64,000 nucleotides of DNA from Lawsonibacter sp. (GTDB lineage: Bacteria; Bacillota; Clostridia; Oscillospirales; Oscillospiraceae), in the NCBI GenBank assembly GCA_045579605.1, contig JAZNMM010000126.1:936-64935 (forward strand). The letters are read 5' to 3'. The translations under genes were made by a program, and so were the position numbers. Positions 8,846 through 19,923 of this stretch are shown piece by piece. The notes beneath the pieces were generated by a model that saw only the letters and a program-made list of their open reading frames with translations, ran no database searches and was not told where the DNA came from. How positions within the stretch are numbered: the first letter of the stretch is position 1; each line of letters begins with the position of its first letter.

Positions 8846-10345
8846 ATGAACGTCACCAGTGTAGAGAAAAAGGAAAAGAGCACGGTCGAGCTTGTCATCG
8901 AGGTCGGCGCCGAGGAATTTGAGGCTGCGGTTCAGAAGGTCTATCTGAAGACCCGCAACAACATCAATGTGCCCGGCTTCCGCAAGGGCAAGGCTCCCCG
9001 TAAGATCATCGAGAACATGTACGGTTCCGGCGTGTTCTATGAAGATGCCATCAACGAGCTCTATCCCTCCGCCTATGCTGAGGCCGTCGCCCAGCAGAAG
9101 CTGGACGAGGTAGGTTATCCCAAGATGGAGATCGTCAGCGTTGGCAAGGAGGGCTTTACCTTCAAGGCCATCGTGTCCGTGCGTCCCGAGGTCAAGCTGG
9201 GCGACTACAAGGGTCTGACCGCCGTGAAGGAAACGGTCAAGGTCACTGCCAAGGACGTGGACGAGGAGCTCAAGCCCTACATCGCCCGCGCCACCCGTCT
9301 GGTGGAGGTCAAGCGCAAGGCCAAGAAGGGCGACACCGCGGTGATCGACTTTGACGGTTATATGGACGGCAAGCCCTTCGAGGGCGGCAAGGGCGAAAAC
9401 TATGCTCTGGAGCTGGGCTCCGGTGCCTTTGTCCCCGGCTTTGAGGAGCAGGTTATCGGCATGAAGACCGGCGAGGAGAAGAAGATCAACATCACCTTCC
9501 CCCAGGACTACGTTGCCGATCTGGCCGGCAAGGACGTGATTTTCAAGGTCAAAGTCAACGAGGTCAAGGAATCCGTCAAGCCTGAGCTGGATGACGAGTT
9601 CGCCAAGGATGTGTCCGAGTTCGAGACGCTGGAAGAGCTGAAGAAGGATCTGGAGGAGAAGCTGGTCAAGAGCCGTGAGGAGAAGGCCCAGCGCGACTTT
9701 GAGCAGGCCATCATAGATCAGCTTATTGCCAACATGGAGGCTGACATCCCCGAGACCATGATCGATGTTCAGGTGGATCGGATGATGGACGACTTTGCTT
9801 CCCGCATCGCCGCCCAGGGCATGAAGCTGGAGGACTACCTGCAGATGATGGGTATGAATGTGGAGATGATGCGCGTCAGCGCCCGTCCCAATGCCGACAA
9901 GCAGGTCAAGGTGGAGCTGGCTCTGGCCGCCGTTGCCCAGGCCGAGAACTTTGAGATCACCGACGAGGAGATCGACGCTGAGATCGCCCGTCTGGCCGAG
10001 CAGTACAAGCTGGATGTGGAGCAGGTGAAGCAGGCGGTTGCCGGCGCCGATCTGGCCCACGACCTGAAGATGAAGAAGGCTTCTGACTTCGTTCTGGCCA
10101 ATGCCAAGGCCGGTAAGGCCAAGAAGGCCGCCGCCAAGAAGGCGGATGAGGCCAACGAAGAGATCGCCGAGGAGATCAAGCCTGCCAAGAAGCCTGCGGC
10201 CAAGAAGGCTGCCCCTAAGGCCGAGGGCGAGGACAAGCCCGCCAAGAAGCCTGCGGCCAAGAAGGCCGCCCCCAAGGCGGAGGGTGAGGACAAACCCGCC
10301 AAGAAGCCCGCGGCTAAGAAGACCGCCAAGAAGACCGAGGAATAA
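8846..10345 (+). CDS. tig: Trigger factor with Lys/Ala/Pro-rich C-terminal extension
   Basis: PGFRKGKAP signature, FKBP domain (IDFDG...FEGG), SD AGGAGG. Confidence 0.97.
   Translation: MNVTSVEKKEKSTVELVIEVGAEEFEAAVQKVYLKTRNNINVPGFRKGKAPRKIIENMYGSGVFYEDAINELYPSAYAEAVAQQKLDEVGYPKMEIVSVGKEGFTFKAIVSVRPEVKLGDYKGLTAVKETVKVTAKDVDEELKPYIARATRLVEVKRKAKKGDTAVIDFDGYMDGKPFEGGKGENYALELGSGAFVPGFEEQVIGMKTGEEKKINITFPQDYVADLAGKDVIFKVKVNEVKESVKPELDDEFAKDVSEFETLEELKKDLEEKLVKSREEKAQRDFEQAIIDQLIANMEADIPETMIDVQVDRMMDDFASRIAAQGMKLEDYLQMMGMNVEMMRVSARPNADKQVKVELALAAVAQAENFEITDEEIDAEIARLAEQYKLDVEQVKQAVAGADLAHDLKMKKASDFVLANAKAGKAKKAAAKKADEANEEIAEEIKPAKKPAAKKAAPKAEGEDKPAKKPAAKKAAPKAEGEDKPAKKPAAKKTAKKTEE
10178..10342 (+). 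repeat. Tandem 57-bp coding repeat in the tig tail ([19 protein letters not shown] x2 plus a partial third)
   Basis: Units at 10178-10234, 10235-10291, 10292-10342 with synonymous differences. Confidence 0.9.
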
Positions 10346-10401
10346 TATTCCTCGCCGGGGGCATACTGTTAGGACAGATTGGCCCGGAAGGAGAATTACC
10401 A

Positions 10402-10983
10402 ATGAGTTTTATTCCTTATGTAGTGGAGCAGACCAACCGCGGGGAGCGTTCTTACGACATTTTCTCCCGTCTGCTCAACGACCGCATCATCTTCCTGTCG
10501 GAAGAGGTGAACGACACCACCGCCAGCCTTGTGGTGGCACAGCTGCTGTATCTGGAGGCCCAGGACCCGGACAAGGATATCCAGTTTTACATCAACAGCC
10601 CCGGCGGTTCTGTCACTGCAGGCATGGCCATTTATGATACCATGCAGTATATCAAGTGCGATGTGTCCACTATCTGCATCGGTATGGCTGCCAGCATGGG
10701 CGCGTTCCTGCTGTCTGCCGGCACCAAGGGTAAGCGGTTGGCCCTTCCCAACGCGGAGATCATGATCCACCAGCCCTCGGCCGGAACTCAGGGTCAGGTC
10801 ACCGATATGGCCATCCACCTCAAGCGTCTGGAGATCATCAAGCAGCGCATGAATCGCATTCTGTCCGAAAACACCGGCAGAACTCTGGAAGAAGTCACCG
10901 CCGACTGCGAGCGTGACAACTTCATGACCGCCCAGCAGGCCATGGAATATGGTCTGATCGACCGGGTGATCGAGAAACGATAA
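10402..10983 (+). CDS. clpP: ATP-dependent Clp protease proteolytic subunit
   Basis: [33 protein letters not shown]. Confidence 0.99.
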   Translation: MSFIPYVVEQTNRGERSYDIFSRLLNDRIIFLSEEVNDTTASLVVAQLLYLEAQDPDKDIQFYINSPGGSVTAGMAIYDTMQYIKCDVSTICIGMAASMGAFLLSAGTKGKRLALPNAEIMIHQPSAGTQGQVTDMAIHLKRLEIIKQRMNRILSENTGRTLEEVTADCERDNFMTAQQAMEYGLIDRVIEKR

Positions 10984-10992
10984 TCAGCCGGG

Positions 10993-11024
10993 GGAGTGGA
11001 GGCAGGAACTGCCTCCACTCCTTT
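10993..11024 (+). terminator. Hairpin between clpP and clpX (partial terminator or stabiliser)
   Basis: 13-bp stem GGAGTGGAGGCAG/CTGCCTCCACTCC, short T tract. Confidence 0.6.
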
Positions 11025-11041
11025 GAGCGATGAGGTGTCTT

Positions 11042-12319
11042 ATGTCAAAAAACGACGAAATGAAGCAGAATCGCTGTTCCTTCTGCGGCAAGCGCCCCGA
11101 TGATGTGGAGCGTATGATCGCCGGTCCGGGGGTTTATATCTGCAACGAGTGTGTGGACCTGTGCCTTGGAGTGCTGGGCCGCGAGGATGAGCAGCGCAGT
11201 GCGCCCCACGCCACGCTGCGGACTCCCGACCATCTGCCCACGCCTCGGGAGATCAAGGAGTACCTGGATCAGTATATCATCGGACAGGAGCAGGCCAAGC
11301 GAGCCCTTTCTGTGTCCGTTTACAACCACTATAAGCGTATTTATTTCGGCGGCGGCGAGGATGTGGAGCTGCAGAAGAGCAACATTCTGCTCCTTGGCCC
11401 CACCGGCTGCGGCAAGACGCTGTTTGCTCAGTCTCTTGCCCGTATTCTGAATGTCCCCTTTGCCATCGCCGACGCCACCACCCTCACCGAGGCTGGCTAT
11501 GTGGGCGATGATGTGGAGAACATTCTCCTGCGTCTGGTGCAGGCGGCGGACTTTGATGTGGAGCTTGCCGAGCGCGGCATCATCTACATTGACGAGATGG
11601 ACAAGATCGCTCGCAAGAGTGAAAACACCTCCACCACCCGGGACGTGTCCGGCGAGGGCGTGCAGCAGGCTCTGCTGAAGATCCTGGAGGGCACGGTGGC
11701 CAATGTTCCCCCTCAGGGTGGACGTAAACACCCCCACCAGGAATTTATCCAGATCGACACCAGCAACATTCTCTTTATCTGCGGCGGCGCCTTTGAAGGT
11801 ATCGAGAAGATCATCGAAAATCGTCTTGACCGCAAGAGTATGGGCTTTGGGGCGGAGATCCAGAGCAAGAACGAGCGCAATGTGGGTGAGATCCTCAAGG
11901 AGATCCAGCCCCAGGACCTGCTTAAATTCGGCATCATTCCCGAGCTGGTAGGCCGTCTGCCCGTGATCACCACCCTGCAGTCCCTGGATAAGATGCAGAT
12001 GGTGCGTATCCTCACCGAACCGAAGAATGCACTGGTCAAGCAGTACCGCAAGCTGATGGAATACGACAGGGTGGAGCTGGAATTTCTGCCCGAAGCGCTG
12101 GAGGCGGTGGCCGAGCGTGCGGTGGAACGCAACATCGGTGCCCGTGGCCTGCGCGCCATTCTGGAGGAAGTTATGCAGTCGGTGATGTTCGACGTACCCT
12201 CCGACCCGTCTATCACCGGTGTGGTCATTACCCCGGAATGTGTCCGAGGCAATGGCGAGCCCGAGGTTACCCGCGGCGCGCTGCCGGCAGCCGGACAAGA
12301 TGAGCTGCGTGCTCAGTAA
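11042..12319 (+). CDS. clpX: Clp protease ATP-binding subunit ClpX
   Basis: CSFCGK...ICNECV zinc finger, [19 protein letters not shown]. Confidence 0.99.
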   Translation: MSKNDEMKQNRCSFCGKRPDDVERMIAGPGVYICNECVDLCLGVLGREDEQRSAPHATLRTPDHLPTPREIKEYLDQYIIGQEQAKRALSVSVYNHYKRIYFGGGEDVELQKSNILLLGPTGCGKTLFAQSLARILNVPFAIADATTLTEAGYVGDDVENILLRLVQAADFDVELAERGIIYIDEMDKIARKSENTSTTRDVSGEGVQQALLKILEGTVANVPPQGGRKHPHQEFIQIDTSNILFICGGAFEGIEKIIENRLDRKSMGFGAEIQSKNERNVGEILKEIQPQDLLKFGIIPELVGRLPVITTLQSLDKMQMVRILTEPKNALVKQYRKLMEYDRVELEFLPEALEAVAERAVERNIGARGLRAILEEVMQSVMFDVPSDPSITGVVITPECVRGNGEPEVTRGALPAAGQDELRAQ

Positions 12320-12333
12320 ACGCGAGATTTTTT

Positions 12334-12370
12334 ACGCACCGCAGAGCACGCTGTGACCTGCGGTGCGTTT
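12334..12370 (+). terminator. Hairpin after clpX
   Basis: ACGCACCGCAG/CTGCGGTGCGT. Confidence 0.55.
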
Positions 12371-12399
12371 AACGTTATTACCCGAGAGGAAGTGAACCC

Positions 12400-14817
12400 A
12401 TGATGCAGACCACACAGCCCATTGCGACCCTGCCTGCGGTGGCCCTGCGCGGGCTGACCGTATTTCCCAGCACCATGATCCATTTTGACGTGGGCCGCAA
12501 GAGCTCCATTCAGGCGCTGGAAAAGGCGATGAAGGATAACAGCACGGTCTTTCTCGTACCCCAGATCAACCTGACAGTGGAAGATCCGGAGCAGGAAGAT
12601 CTGTACCCGGTTGGAACCATCTCTGTGGTCAAGCAGATCCTGCGCATACCCGGGGACAATATTCGTGTGCTGGTGGAAGGAATTTCCCGTGGCCGCCTGG
12701 TGCATGTTGAGCACACCAAGCCGTACATTGTTGCCTGCGTGGAGGAGATCCCGACCCAGCCCTCTACCCGAAACAGTCCCCGCACCGAAGCGCTGATCCG
12801 AAGCACCTATGAGCTGTTCCAGCACTATGTGGAGGTTGGCCCTCAGACTTCCCCCGATCTGCTGATTAACATTCTGGCCAGCGACGATCCCGGCTATATT
12901 GCCGATTTTGTGGCACAGAATATCGCCCTGCGCAACGATGACAAGCAGGCCATTCTCGCCGAACTCAAACCGGTGTTGCGGCTGAAAAAGCTGCATAAAC
13001 TGCTCGTTCGCGAGGTGGAGATCCTGTCTTTGGATCAGGAGATCCAGAACCGCGCCCGGGAACAGATGAACGACAATCAGCGTGACTATTATCTGCGCGA
13101 GCAGATGAAGGCCATTCAGAACGAACTGGGCGAGGGGGAGAACGCCGACAGCGAGCTGGCGGAGTATCGGGAAAAGATCGCAGCGGCAGACGTCTCCCAT
13201 GAGGTGCGGGACAAGCTGAACAAAGAGCTTGCCCGTCTGGCCAAGCAGCCCTTTGGCTCTTCCGAAGCCACGGTTCTGCGCAGCTACCTGGACGTGTGCC
13301 TGGCGCTGCCCTGGGGCAGGAAGACCCGAGAGCGGATCAGCGTGGAAAGCGCCCGAAAGGTGCTGGACAAGGACCATTTCGGACTGGACAAGGTCAAGGA
13401 GCGCATCCTGGAATTCCTTGCGGTAAAGCAGCTTGCCCCTGATCTGAAGGGGCAGATCCTGTGTCTGGTGGGCCCTCCCGGCGTGGGAAAAACGTCCATT
13501 GCCATGTCTGTGGCCCGGGCGCTGAACCGCAAGCTGGCCCGCATCTCTCTGGGCGGCATCAGCGACGAGGCAGAGATCCGCGGTCACAGAAAAACCTATG
13601 TAGGCGCCATGCCCGGCCGCATCCTGTATGCTATTGAGCAGGCGGGCAGCTGCAACCCGCTGCTGCTGCTGGACGAGATCGACAAGCTGGGGCATGACCA
13701 CCGGGGTGACCCTGCCTCTGCGCTGCTGGAGGTGCTGGATTCCGAGCAGAACGCCACCTTCCGGGACCACTTTGTGGAGTTGCCCTTCGACCTGTCCGAC
13801 GTTCTGTTTATTACCACCGCCAACACCACCTCCACCATTCCCAAGCCCCTGCTGGACCGCATGGAGGTCATTGAGCTGTCCAGTTATACGGATGAAGAAA
13901 AACTGCAGATCGCCCGACGCCATCTGCTGCCCAAACAGATGAAGCGCCACGGCCTCCGTCCGGCGCAGCTTCGTGTTTCCGACACCGCTATACGCCAGAT
14001 CATCAGCGCCTACACCCGGGAGTCGGGTGTGCGGGTGCTGGAGCGGGAGCTGGCCTCCCTGTGCCGTAAGGCGGCTATGCGTCTGGTGGCGGCTGATGTC
14101 AAGCGCATTGACATCGCCGGGGACGACCTGAAGCCCTGGCTGGGCGTGCCCAAGTATCATCCCGAGCGGCAGGTGCTGGAGGAGCGCGTGGGTGTGGTCA
14201 ACGGCCTTGCCTGGACCAGCGTGGGTGGAGAGCTGCTGGAAGTGGAGGTCAACGCCGTCCCCGGTACGGGCAAGGTGGAGCTGACGGGCAATCTGGGCGA
14301 CGTGATGAAGGAGTCCGCCCATGCGGCCCTGACCTTTATCCGCAGCCGTGCCGATCAGCTGGGCGTGCCTGCGCAGTTCTATAAGGAACTGGACATTCAC
14401 GCCCACTTCCCGGAGGGAGCAGTACCCAAGGACGGACCTTCCGCCGGCATCGCAATCACCACCGCCATGGTATCTGCCCTGACCGGCCGCCCGGTGCGCC
14501 GTGGGATCGCCATGACGGGCGAAGTCACCCTGCGCGGTCGGGTGCTACCCATCGGCGGACTGAAGGAAAAGACCATGGCAGCCCTGCGCAACGGCGTTCG
14601 CACGGTCATTATCCCTGCCGACAACGAGAAGGACCTGGAGGAGATCGACCAGACCGTTCGCGCCGCCCTGCAGTTTGTAACGGTGGAACAGGCCGACCAG
14701 GTGCTGGCCTATGCGCTGGCACCTGTGCAGGAGCAGGAGGAGCCTGTGCCCTGTACCGACAGCTGCCTTGCCCTGGAGGGAAAAAAGGCGGACGGTACGG
14801 TGAGTTTGAAGCAGTAA
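12400..14817 (+). CDS. lon: Lon protease
   Basis: [38 protein letters not shown]. Confidence 0.99.
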   Translation: MMQTTQPIATLPAVALRGLTVFPSTMIHFDVGRKSSIQALEKAMKDNSTVFLVPQINLTVEDPEQEDLYPVGTISVVKQILRIPGDNIRVLVEGISRGRLVHVEHTKPYIVACVEEIPTQPSTRNSPRTEALIRSTYELFQHYVEVGPQTSPDLLINILASDDPGYIADFVAQNIALRNDDKQAILAELKPVLRLKKLHKLLVREVEILSLDQEIQNRAREQMNDNQRDYYLREQMKAIQNELGEGENADSELAEYREKIAAADVSHEVRDKLNKELARLAKQPFGSSEATVLRSYLDVCLALPWGRKTRERISVESARKVLDKDHFGLDKVKERILEFLAVKQLAPDLKGQILCLVGPPGVGKTSIAMSVARALNRKLARISLGGISDEAEIRGHRKTYVGAMPGRILYAIEQAGSCNPLLLLDEIDKLGHDHRGDPASALLEVLDSEQNATFRDHFVELPFDLSDVLFITTANTTSTIPKPLLDRMEVIELSSYTDEEKLQIARRHLLPKQMKRHGLRPAQLRVSDTAIRQIISAYTRESGVRVLERELASLCRKAAMRLVAADVKRIDIAGDDLKPWLGVPKYHPERQVLEERVGVVNGLAWTSVGGELLEVEVNAVPGTGKVELTGNLGDVMKESAHAALTFIRSRADQLGVPAQFYKELDIHAHFPEGAVPKDGPSAGIAITTAMVSALTGRPVRRGIAMTGEVTLRGRVLPIGGLKEKTMAALRNGVRTVIIPADNEKDLEEIDQTVRAALQFVTVEQADQVLAYALAPVQEQEEPVPCTDSCLALEGKKADGTVSLKQ

Positions 14818-14829
14818 GGAGGCCGACCC

Positions 14830-15438
14830 ATGCCCATCAATCTGCAAAATGCGGACTTTGTCCGTTCTGCCGTCAGCCGGAAGGATTTCCCCCGGGACGG
14901 CATGGTACAGGTAGCCTTTGCCGGCCGTTCCAATGTGGGGAAGTCCTCTGTGATCAACCGGCTGCTCAACCGCAAGAATTTCGCCCGTGTGGGTGCAGCC
15001 CCCGGCAAGACCATCCACATCAACTATTTCCGCATCGACAAAGCCTTTTATCTGGTCGACCTGCCCGGCTATGGCTATGCCAAAGTGTCCAAAGGGGAGC
15101 GGGATCGGTGGGGACGGCTGATGGAGGAATACTTTGCCGATCCGGAACTGATGACGCTGGGCGTGATGATCGTGGATTCCCGCCACAAGCCCACCGCAGA
15201 CGACTGCACCATGGCACAATGGTATAAAGATGCGGGCCGCCCTTTTGTGGTGGTGGCCAACAAGCTGGACAAGCTGAAAAAAAGCCAGATCGAGCCCAAC
15301 CTGCAGGAGATTCGCCAGACCCTTGCCCTGGACGAAGAAGTGCCCCTGATCCCGTTCTCCGCGGAGAAGGGGACGGGGCGTCAGGAGCTGCTCAACCTGA
15401 TTTTTGCTCACGTGGAGCAGGGAAGGGCTATCCAGTAA
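14830..15438 (+). CDS. engB: Ribosome biogenesis GTPase YsxC/EngB
   Basis: GRSNVGKSS, PGKT, DLPGYGYA, NKLDK. Confidence 0.97.
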   Translation: MPINLQNADFVRSAVSRKDFPRDGMVQVAFAGRSNVGKSSVINRLLNRKNFARVGAAPGKTIHINYFRIDKAFYLVDLPGYGYAKVSKGERDRWGRLMEEYFADPELMTLGVMIVDSRHKPTADDCTMAQWYKDAGRPFVVVANKLDKLKKSQIEPNLQEIRQTLALDEEVPLIPFSAEKGTGRQELLNLIFAHVEQGRAIQ

Positions 15439-15443
15439 ATCAG

Positions 15444-15481
15444 CAGACCGGATACAACCTGTTGTATCCGGTCTGTTTTTT
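15444..15481 (+). terminator. Terminator of tig-clp-lon-engB
   Basis: CAGACCGGATACAAC/GTTGTATCCGGTCTG + T6. Confidence 0.9.
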
Positions 15482-15494
15482 CTTGCGGCAGAAC

Positions 15495-15523
15495 TTGTAT
15501 TTTTAAGCGGCATTTGTTATACT
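15495..15523 (+). promoter_or_regulatory. SigA promoter
   Basis: TTGTAT-N17-TATACT with extended TG. Confidence 0.65.
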
Positions 15524-15551
15524 AAAGTGAATTATTTTGGGGAGGTGTGCC

Positions 15552-16241
15552 ATGGACGGAGTGCACGGCTTTCTGGCCAACTTTGATTTTGTGCAGTTGG
15601 GTCTGTTGATGCTGTCCGCCGCGGCCACCCTTGTCTGCCTTACGGCGCATGAATTGTGTCACGGTTTGGCGGCATACCTTCTGGGTGATCCCACAGCCAA
15701 GCGTTCCGGGCGGCTGACGCTCAATCCGCTGGCCCATCTGGACTGGATGGGGTTCGGATTGATGCTTGTGGCCCATGTGGGCTGGGCAAAGCCGGTTCCG
15801 GTGGACGTGCGGCACTTCAAAAAACCCAAACGGGACATGGCACTTACCGCGGCGGCGGGACCGCTGTCCAATTTTCTGCTGGCACTGCTGAGTTTGCTGT
15901 TGGGAACGCTGCTGCTGTCACTGGATGCCCGGTGGAGCGGCATGGCGTGGGTGATTTTGTTTCTTTGCTACGTAGCGGTGCTGAGCGTGGGACTTGGGCT
16001 GTTCAACCTGATCCCTATCCCGCCTCTGGACGGGTCTAAACTGCTGTTTTCCGTGCTGCCCGACCGGGCATATTACAGCTATCTGCGCTATGAACGCTAT
16101 TTGCTGTTCCTTGTCCTTGCCCTTGCCTGGTTCGGCTTTTTCTCCGGTCCGCTGAGCGGACTGATGGGATGGGTGCTCAGGCACATGTGTACCCTGACCC
16201 GATTCCCGTTTGCGTACATCAGTTTTTATTTTGATTTTTAA
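15552..16241 (+). CDS. Site-2 protease family (M50) membrane protein
   Basis: HELCH, GRLTLNPLAH, AGPLSN, FNLIPIPPLDG. Confidence 0.95.
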   Translation: MDGVHGFLANFDFVQLGLLMLSAAATLVCLTAHELCHGLAAYLLGDPTAKRSGRLTLNPLAHLDWMGFGLMLVAHVGWAKPVPVDVRHFKKPKRDMALTAAAGPLSNFLLALLSLLLGTLLLSLDARWSGMAWVILFLCYVAVLSVGLGLFNLIPIPPLDGSKLLFSVLPDRAYYSYLRYERYLLFLVLALAWFGFFSGPLSGLMGWVLRHMCTLTRFPFAYISFYFDF

Positions 16242-16253
16242 AGGAGGTGTGGT

Positions 16254-17057
16254 ATGGAAGCCCCCATTTATCATCTGGAAGGCGTGATCAAGGCCCGGCA
16301 GGCCGATATGGAGGACTTTGTTGGTCCGCTGGATCTGATACTGCACCTGCTGAGCAAGAATAAAATGGAGATCAAGGACATTCAGATCTCCTTGATTCTG
16401 GAGCAATATCTGGAATGGATGGAGCAGCGCAAGCAGCTGGATCTGGAGGTGGCCAGTGAATTTGTCACCATGGCCTCCCACCTGATTTATATCAAGACCC
16501 GTATGCTGCTCTCCATCCACGATGAGGAGGCTCTGTCCGAGATGGAGCAGCTCATCGCCAGCCTGGAAGCCCATCAGCGCAACGAAAGCTATGTCAAGCT
16601 CAAACAGGTCATCCCCGCCTTCGACAGCCGTTACAGCTTCGGCAGGGACTTTCTGACCAAGCAGCCCGAGCCGGTGAAGAAGGATTCCACCTATCGCTAT
16701 GTCCACCAACCGGAGGACCTGCGCCTGGCCATGGCCCAGGTGCTTGCCCGGGCAGACCATAAGCTGCCGCCCCCGGTAAGCGCGTTTCAGGGCATCGTGG
16801 GTCGGGAACAGTATCCCGTGGCGGACAAGGCGGCGGAGATCATCAAGCGGCTGGTCAATTTCGGCGTGACCCGGTTTCGGGCGCTGTTCAAGGGAAATCG
16901 CAGCCGCTCGGAGATCGTAGCCACCTTTATTGCGGTGCTGGAGCTGTGCAAAGCCAACCGGCTGCGCCTTGCCGGCACGCAGGAGGACTGCACGGTTACT
17001 TCTACCGGTGCTTCAGAGGCGCAGGATGAGCTGACCTTTACCGCGGACGGGTATTGA
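16254..17057 (+). CDS. scpA: Segregation/condensation protein A
   Basis: F.GPLDLILHL, SEFVTMA..L..IK.RMLL, IVATF.AVLEL. Confidence 0.95.
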   Translation: MEAPIYHLEGVIKARQADMEDFVGPLDLILHLLSKNKMEIKDIQISLILEQYLEWMEQRKQLDLEVASEFVTMASHLIYIKTRMLLSIHDEEALSEMEQLIASLEAHQRNESYVKLKQVIPAFDSRYSFGRDFLTKQPEPVKKDSTYRYVHQPEDLRLAMAQVLARADHKLPPPVSAFQGIVGREQYPVADKAAEIIKRLVNFGVTRFRALFKGNRSRSEIVATFIAVLELCKANRLRLAGTQEDCTVTSTGASEAQDELTFTADGY

Positions 17058-17071
17058 GAGGGGAGAAGAAA

Positions 17072-17683
17072 ATGGAAGTCAAGCAACTGCAGGCTGCCCT
17101 GGAGGGGATCCTGTTTGCATCCGGGGAGCCGGTGGCCGCCGAGCGGCTTTGTATCGGTCTGGATATTGACCGTGGTACGCTGGATCAGGTGGCCCAGCAT
17201 CTCATGGATGAATACAGCTTCCAGCACCGGGGGATCCGGCTGCTCAAGCTGGATAACAGCTATCAGCTGTGCTCTGCGCCGGAATACGCGGACCATATCC
17301 GCAAAACGCTGGAAAGCCGCAAGCCGGCCCGTCTGTCCCAGTCGGCGCTGGAGGTTCTGGCCGTCATCGCCTACTATCAGCCCACCACCCGTGCCTATGT
17401 GGATCAGATCCGCGGAGTGGACAGCTCCTATACGGTTGGTCTGCTCATGGAGCGGGAGCTTATTGAGGAGTGCGGCCGCCTTGCCGTGCCCGGCCGCCCT
17501 ATTCTCTATCGCACCACCAAAAACTTTTTGCGTTCGTTCAATCTCTCGGATCTGGATGAATTGCCCGAACTGCCCGACTCTACCCCTGAGGACGGTCAGA
17601 TCACTTTGGAGCTGGAGGCTGCGGTGGCCAGACTGCGTGAGGAGGAGGCTGCTAAAACGGCGGAGCAGCCGCCGGAGGAATGA
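17072..17683 (+). CDS. scpB: Segregation/condensation protein B
   Basis: LEGILFASGEP, LSQSALEVLAVIAYYQP.TR..VDQIRGV, PGRPILY.TT. Confidence 0.97.
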   Translation: MEVKQLQAALEGILFASGEPVAAERLCIGLDIDRGTLDQVAQHLMDEYSFQHRGIRLLKLDNSYQLCSAPEYADHIRKTLESRKPARLSQSALEVLAVIAYYQPTTRAYVDQIRGVDSSYTVGLLMERELIEECGRLAVPGRPILYRTTKNFLRSFNLSDLDELPELPDSTPEDGQITLELEAAVARLREEEAAKTAEQPPEE

Positions 17684-18288
17684 CCGGGGTATGGATCGCC
17701 CTGAGTCTGGTCCTTGTTCTGCTGCTGCTTGGTCAGCTGCGGGTCGGTGCGATCGTGGAATACGGTCAGGACGGACTTGGAGTTCGCTTGCGGTTAGGTC
17801 CGGTGCGGATAGGTGTGTTCCCAGTAAAGCCTGGCAAGAAGAGTAAAGAAAAAACCAAGAAGACAAAGCCGGCCAAAGAAAAAAAGCCGCTGGGCGGACG
17901 TGTAAAACCGCTGGTGCAGCTGCTGCCTGCCGCTCTGGACACCGTGAAAAAGCTGTTTGGGCAGCTGCGGGCCGACAAACTGGAACTGTTGCTCACCATT
18001 TCCTGCCCTGACCCGGCAGACACCGCCATACGCTACGGACAGGCAAACGCACTGCTGGCCAGCCTTTGGGGGCCGCTGACCCAGGCGCTGGAGGTGCAAG
18101 ATGGTCACGCCCACGTGGAGCTGGACTATGAGCAAGGGCAGACCAGCGCGTATGTCTATCTTTCTCTGTATCTGAAGCTCTGGCAGCTGCTCACGCTGGC
18201 AGTGGTGTTTGGAGGAAAGGTCCTTTTTGTGCTGATCAAAAACCGCTCTGCAGTACGCGGAGCATCAACGGAAAGTGAGGTCGTTTGA
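17680..18288 (+). CDS. DUF2953 / YtfI-like sporulation membrane protein
   Basis: N-terminal TM, Lys-rich linker, DPADTA..YG motif; upstream of ytfJ. Confidence 0.8.
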   Translation: MTGVWIALSLVLVLLLLGQLRVGAIVEYGQDGLGVRLRLGPVRIGVFPVKPGKKSKEKTKKTKPAKEKKPLGGRVKPLVQLLPAALDTVKKLFGQLRADKLELLLTISCPDPADTAIRYGQANALLASLWGPLTQALEVQDGHAHVELDYEQGQTSAYVYLSLYLKLWQLLTLAVVFGGKVLFVLIKNRSAVRGASTESEVV

Positions 18289-18291
18289 GTT

Positions 18292-18729
18292 ATGGAAAAC
18301 AAGCATCCCATCAACGATTTGTTCGCCACCATTATGGAGCATGTGCATACCATGGTGGATGCCAACACGATCATCGGACAGCCCATTCGTGCAGAGGGCG
18401 TGACCCTGTTGCCAATTTCCAAGCTGTCGTTCGGTTTTGGCAGCGGCGGTGCCGACTTTGTTGCCGGCAAGAAAGCTGCCCCTGTACCTTCTGCCAACTC
18501 CTTTGGCGGCGGTGGCGGCGCAGGTGCCAAGCTGGAGCCGGTGGCCTTTCTTGTTGTGAAGGGCGACAGCGTGCGCCTGCTTCCTGTTTCACCTCCGGCC
18601 AGCACCACCGTGGACCGGGTGATCGACATGGTACCCGAGGTGGTGGACAAGATCACCGGCTTTATTGACAAGCAGCAGGAGAAGAAGGCGGCTGCCGAAC
18701 CTGCGGCAGAGTCCGACGTGGTGGACTGA
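18292..18729 (+). CDS. ytfJ: GerW/YtfJ family sporulation protein
   Basis: HPI..L, VDANTIIGQPI, PISKLSFGFGSGG, FGGGGGAG..LEPVAFLVV. Confidence 0.93.
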   Translation: MENKHPINDLFATIMEHVHTMVDANTIIGQPIRAEGVTLLPISKLSFGFGSGGADFVAGKKAAPVPSANSFGGGGGAGAKLEPVAFLVVKGDSVRLLPVSPPASTTVDRVIDMVPEVVDKITGFIDKQQEKKAAAEPAAESDVVD

Positions 18730-18801
18730 GCATCTTTTCGTGGATAAAAGCACACCGGACCTCTTATAATAAAACCATGTTTTATTGTGGGGGGAATGGG
18801 G

Positions 18802-19896
18802 ATGAGACGTTTTCTTTGTGTGGTGTTGTGTGTGCTGACGGTCGCCGGCGGGCTTTGCTTTCCCTCCGGTGCCGTGAGCACTTCCGCCGCGTCCGCCATT
18901 CTTATCGACGCAGAGTCCGGACGCGTGCTCTACGAGCACAACGCCCATGAAAAGCGATATATCGCCAGCATTACCAAACTGATGACCGCTCTAGTGGCAA
19001 TGGAATCCGGCCATGCGCTGGATGAAGTGGTCACCATAAAGAAAGAGTATACCGGGGCGGAAGGATCCTCCATGTATTTAAAAGCAGGGGAGGAGTTGAC
19101 GCTGGAGGCGCTGATGTATGGCCTGCTGCTGGCTTCCGGCAACGATGCGGCGCTGGCCGTGGCCGGTGCGTGTGCCGGTTCGGTGGATGCGTTTGTAGCG
19201 CTTATGAATCGCAGGGCGGCTCTGCTGGGGATGGAGAACACCCGATTTCTCAACCCCAGCGGATTAACGGAGGAAGGGCACATGTCCACTGCGGCCGATA
19301 TGGCCCGGCTGGCTGCCGCCTGTATGAACAATGAGACCATTGCCCGGATCGTGGCCACCCGCTCCATTTCCATTGAAGGGCGTAGCTTTACCAACCACAA
19401 CAAGCTGCTTTGGCAATATGAAGGCTGCGTGGGGATGAAGACCGGGTATACCCAGCGCGCCGGTCGCACGCTCATTTCCTGTGCCCAGCGCAACGGACAG
19501 CGGCTGATCGTGGTCACACTGGACGATGGGAACGACTGGGCAGACCACACCGCTTTGTTTGATTATGGCTTTTCGACCTGTTCCCGCACCCCTTTGTGTG
19601 CATCGGGGCAGGTGTTTACCCGAGTGCCGGTTGCCGGTAGCCTGACCTCGCTTGTTGACGTGGTGTATGGTGCGGATGTATTCTACTCTCTGATGGAGGG
19701 GGAGCAGGTGCGGCAGGAGGTATCTCTGCTTGATCACACAGCCGTGCCTATCGTGCAGGGCGGAACCGCCGGGACGGTGACCTGGTATCTGGAGGGGCGC
19801 GTGGTCGGCCTTTGCCCTTTGGTATACGGTCAGTCTGCACACCGGTATGCGGTGAGAAAGAACTGGCTGGACCGACTTATGGATGTGCTTCATTAG
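18802..19896 (+). CDS. D-alanyl-D-alanine carboxypeptidase (DacB/DacF-like, S11)
   Basis: Signal peptide; SITK (SxxK), SGN (SxN), KTG motifs. Confidence 0.94.
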   Translation: MRRFLCVVLCVLTVAGGLCFPSGAVSTSAASAILIDAESGRVLYEHNAHEKRYIASITKLMTALVAMESGHALDEVVTIKKEYTGAEGSSMYLKAGEELTLEALMYGLLLASGNDAALAVAGACAGSVDAFVALMNRRAALLGMENTRFLNPSGLTEEGHMSTAADMARLAAACMNNETIARIVATRSISIEGRSFTNHNKLLWQYEGCVGMKTGYTQRAGRTLISCAQRNGQRLIVVTLDDGNDWADHTALFDYGFSTCSRTPLCASGQVFTRVPVAGSLTSLVDVVYGADVFYSLMEGEQVRQEVSLLDHTAVPIVQGGTAGTVTWYLEGRVVGLCPLVYGQSAHRYAVRKNWLDRLMDVLH

Positions 19897-19923
19897 ACTG
19901 TATGAAAGGCAGGTGGGAGCAAT

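Noticed and set aside
10178-10342. Repeat array as CRISPR
   Set aside because: In-frame coding tandem repeat without spacers; no cas genes
12313-14406. Very long antisense ORFs (697 aa here; also 8765-10402, 11045-12298, 32722-34584, 37051-38973)
   Set aside because: They mirror well-identified genes; GC-rich codon bias depletes antisense stops; no motifs or RBS
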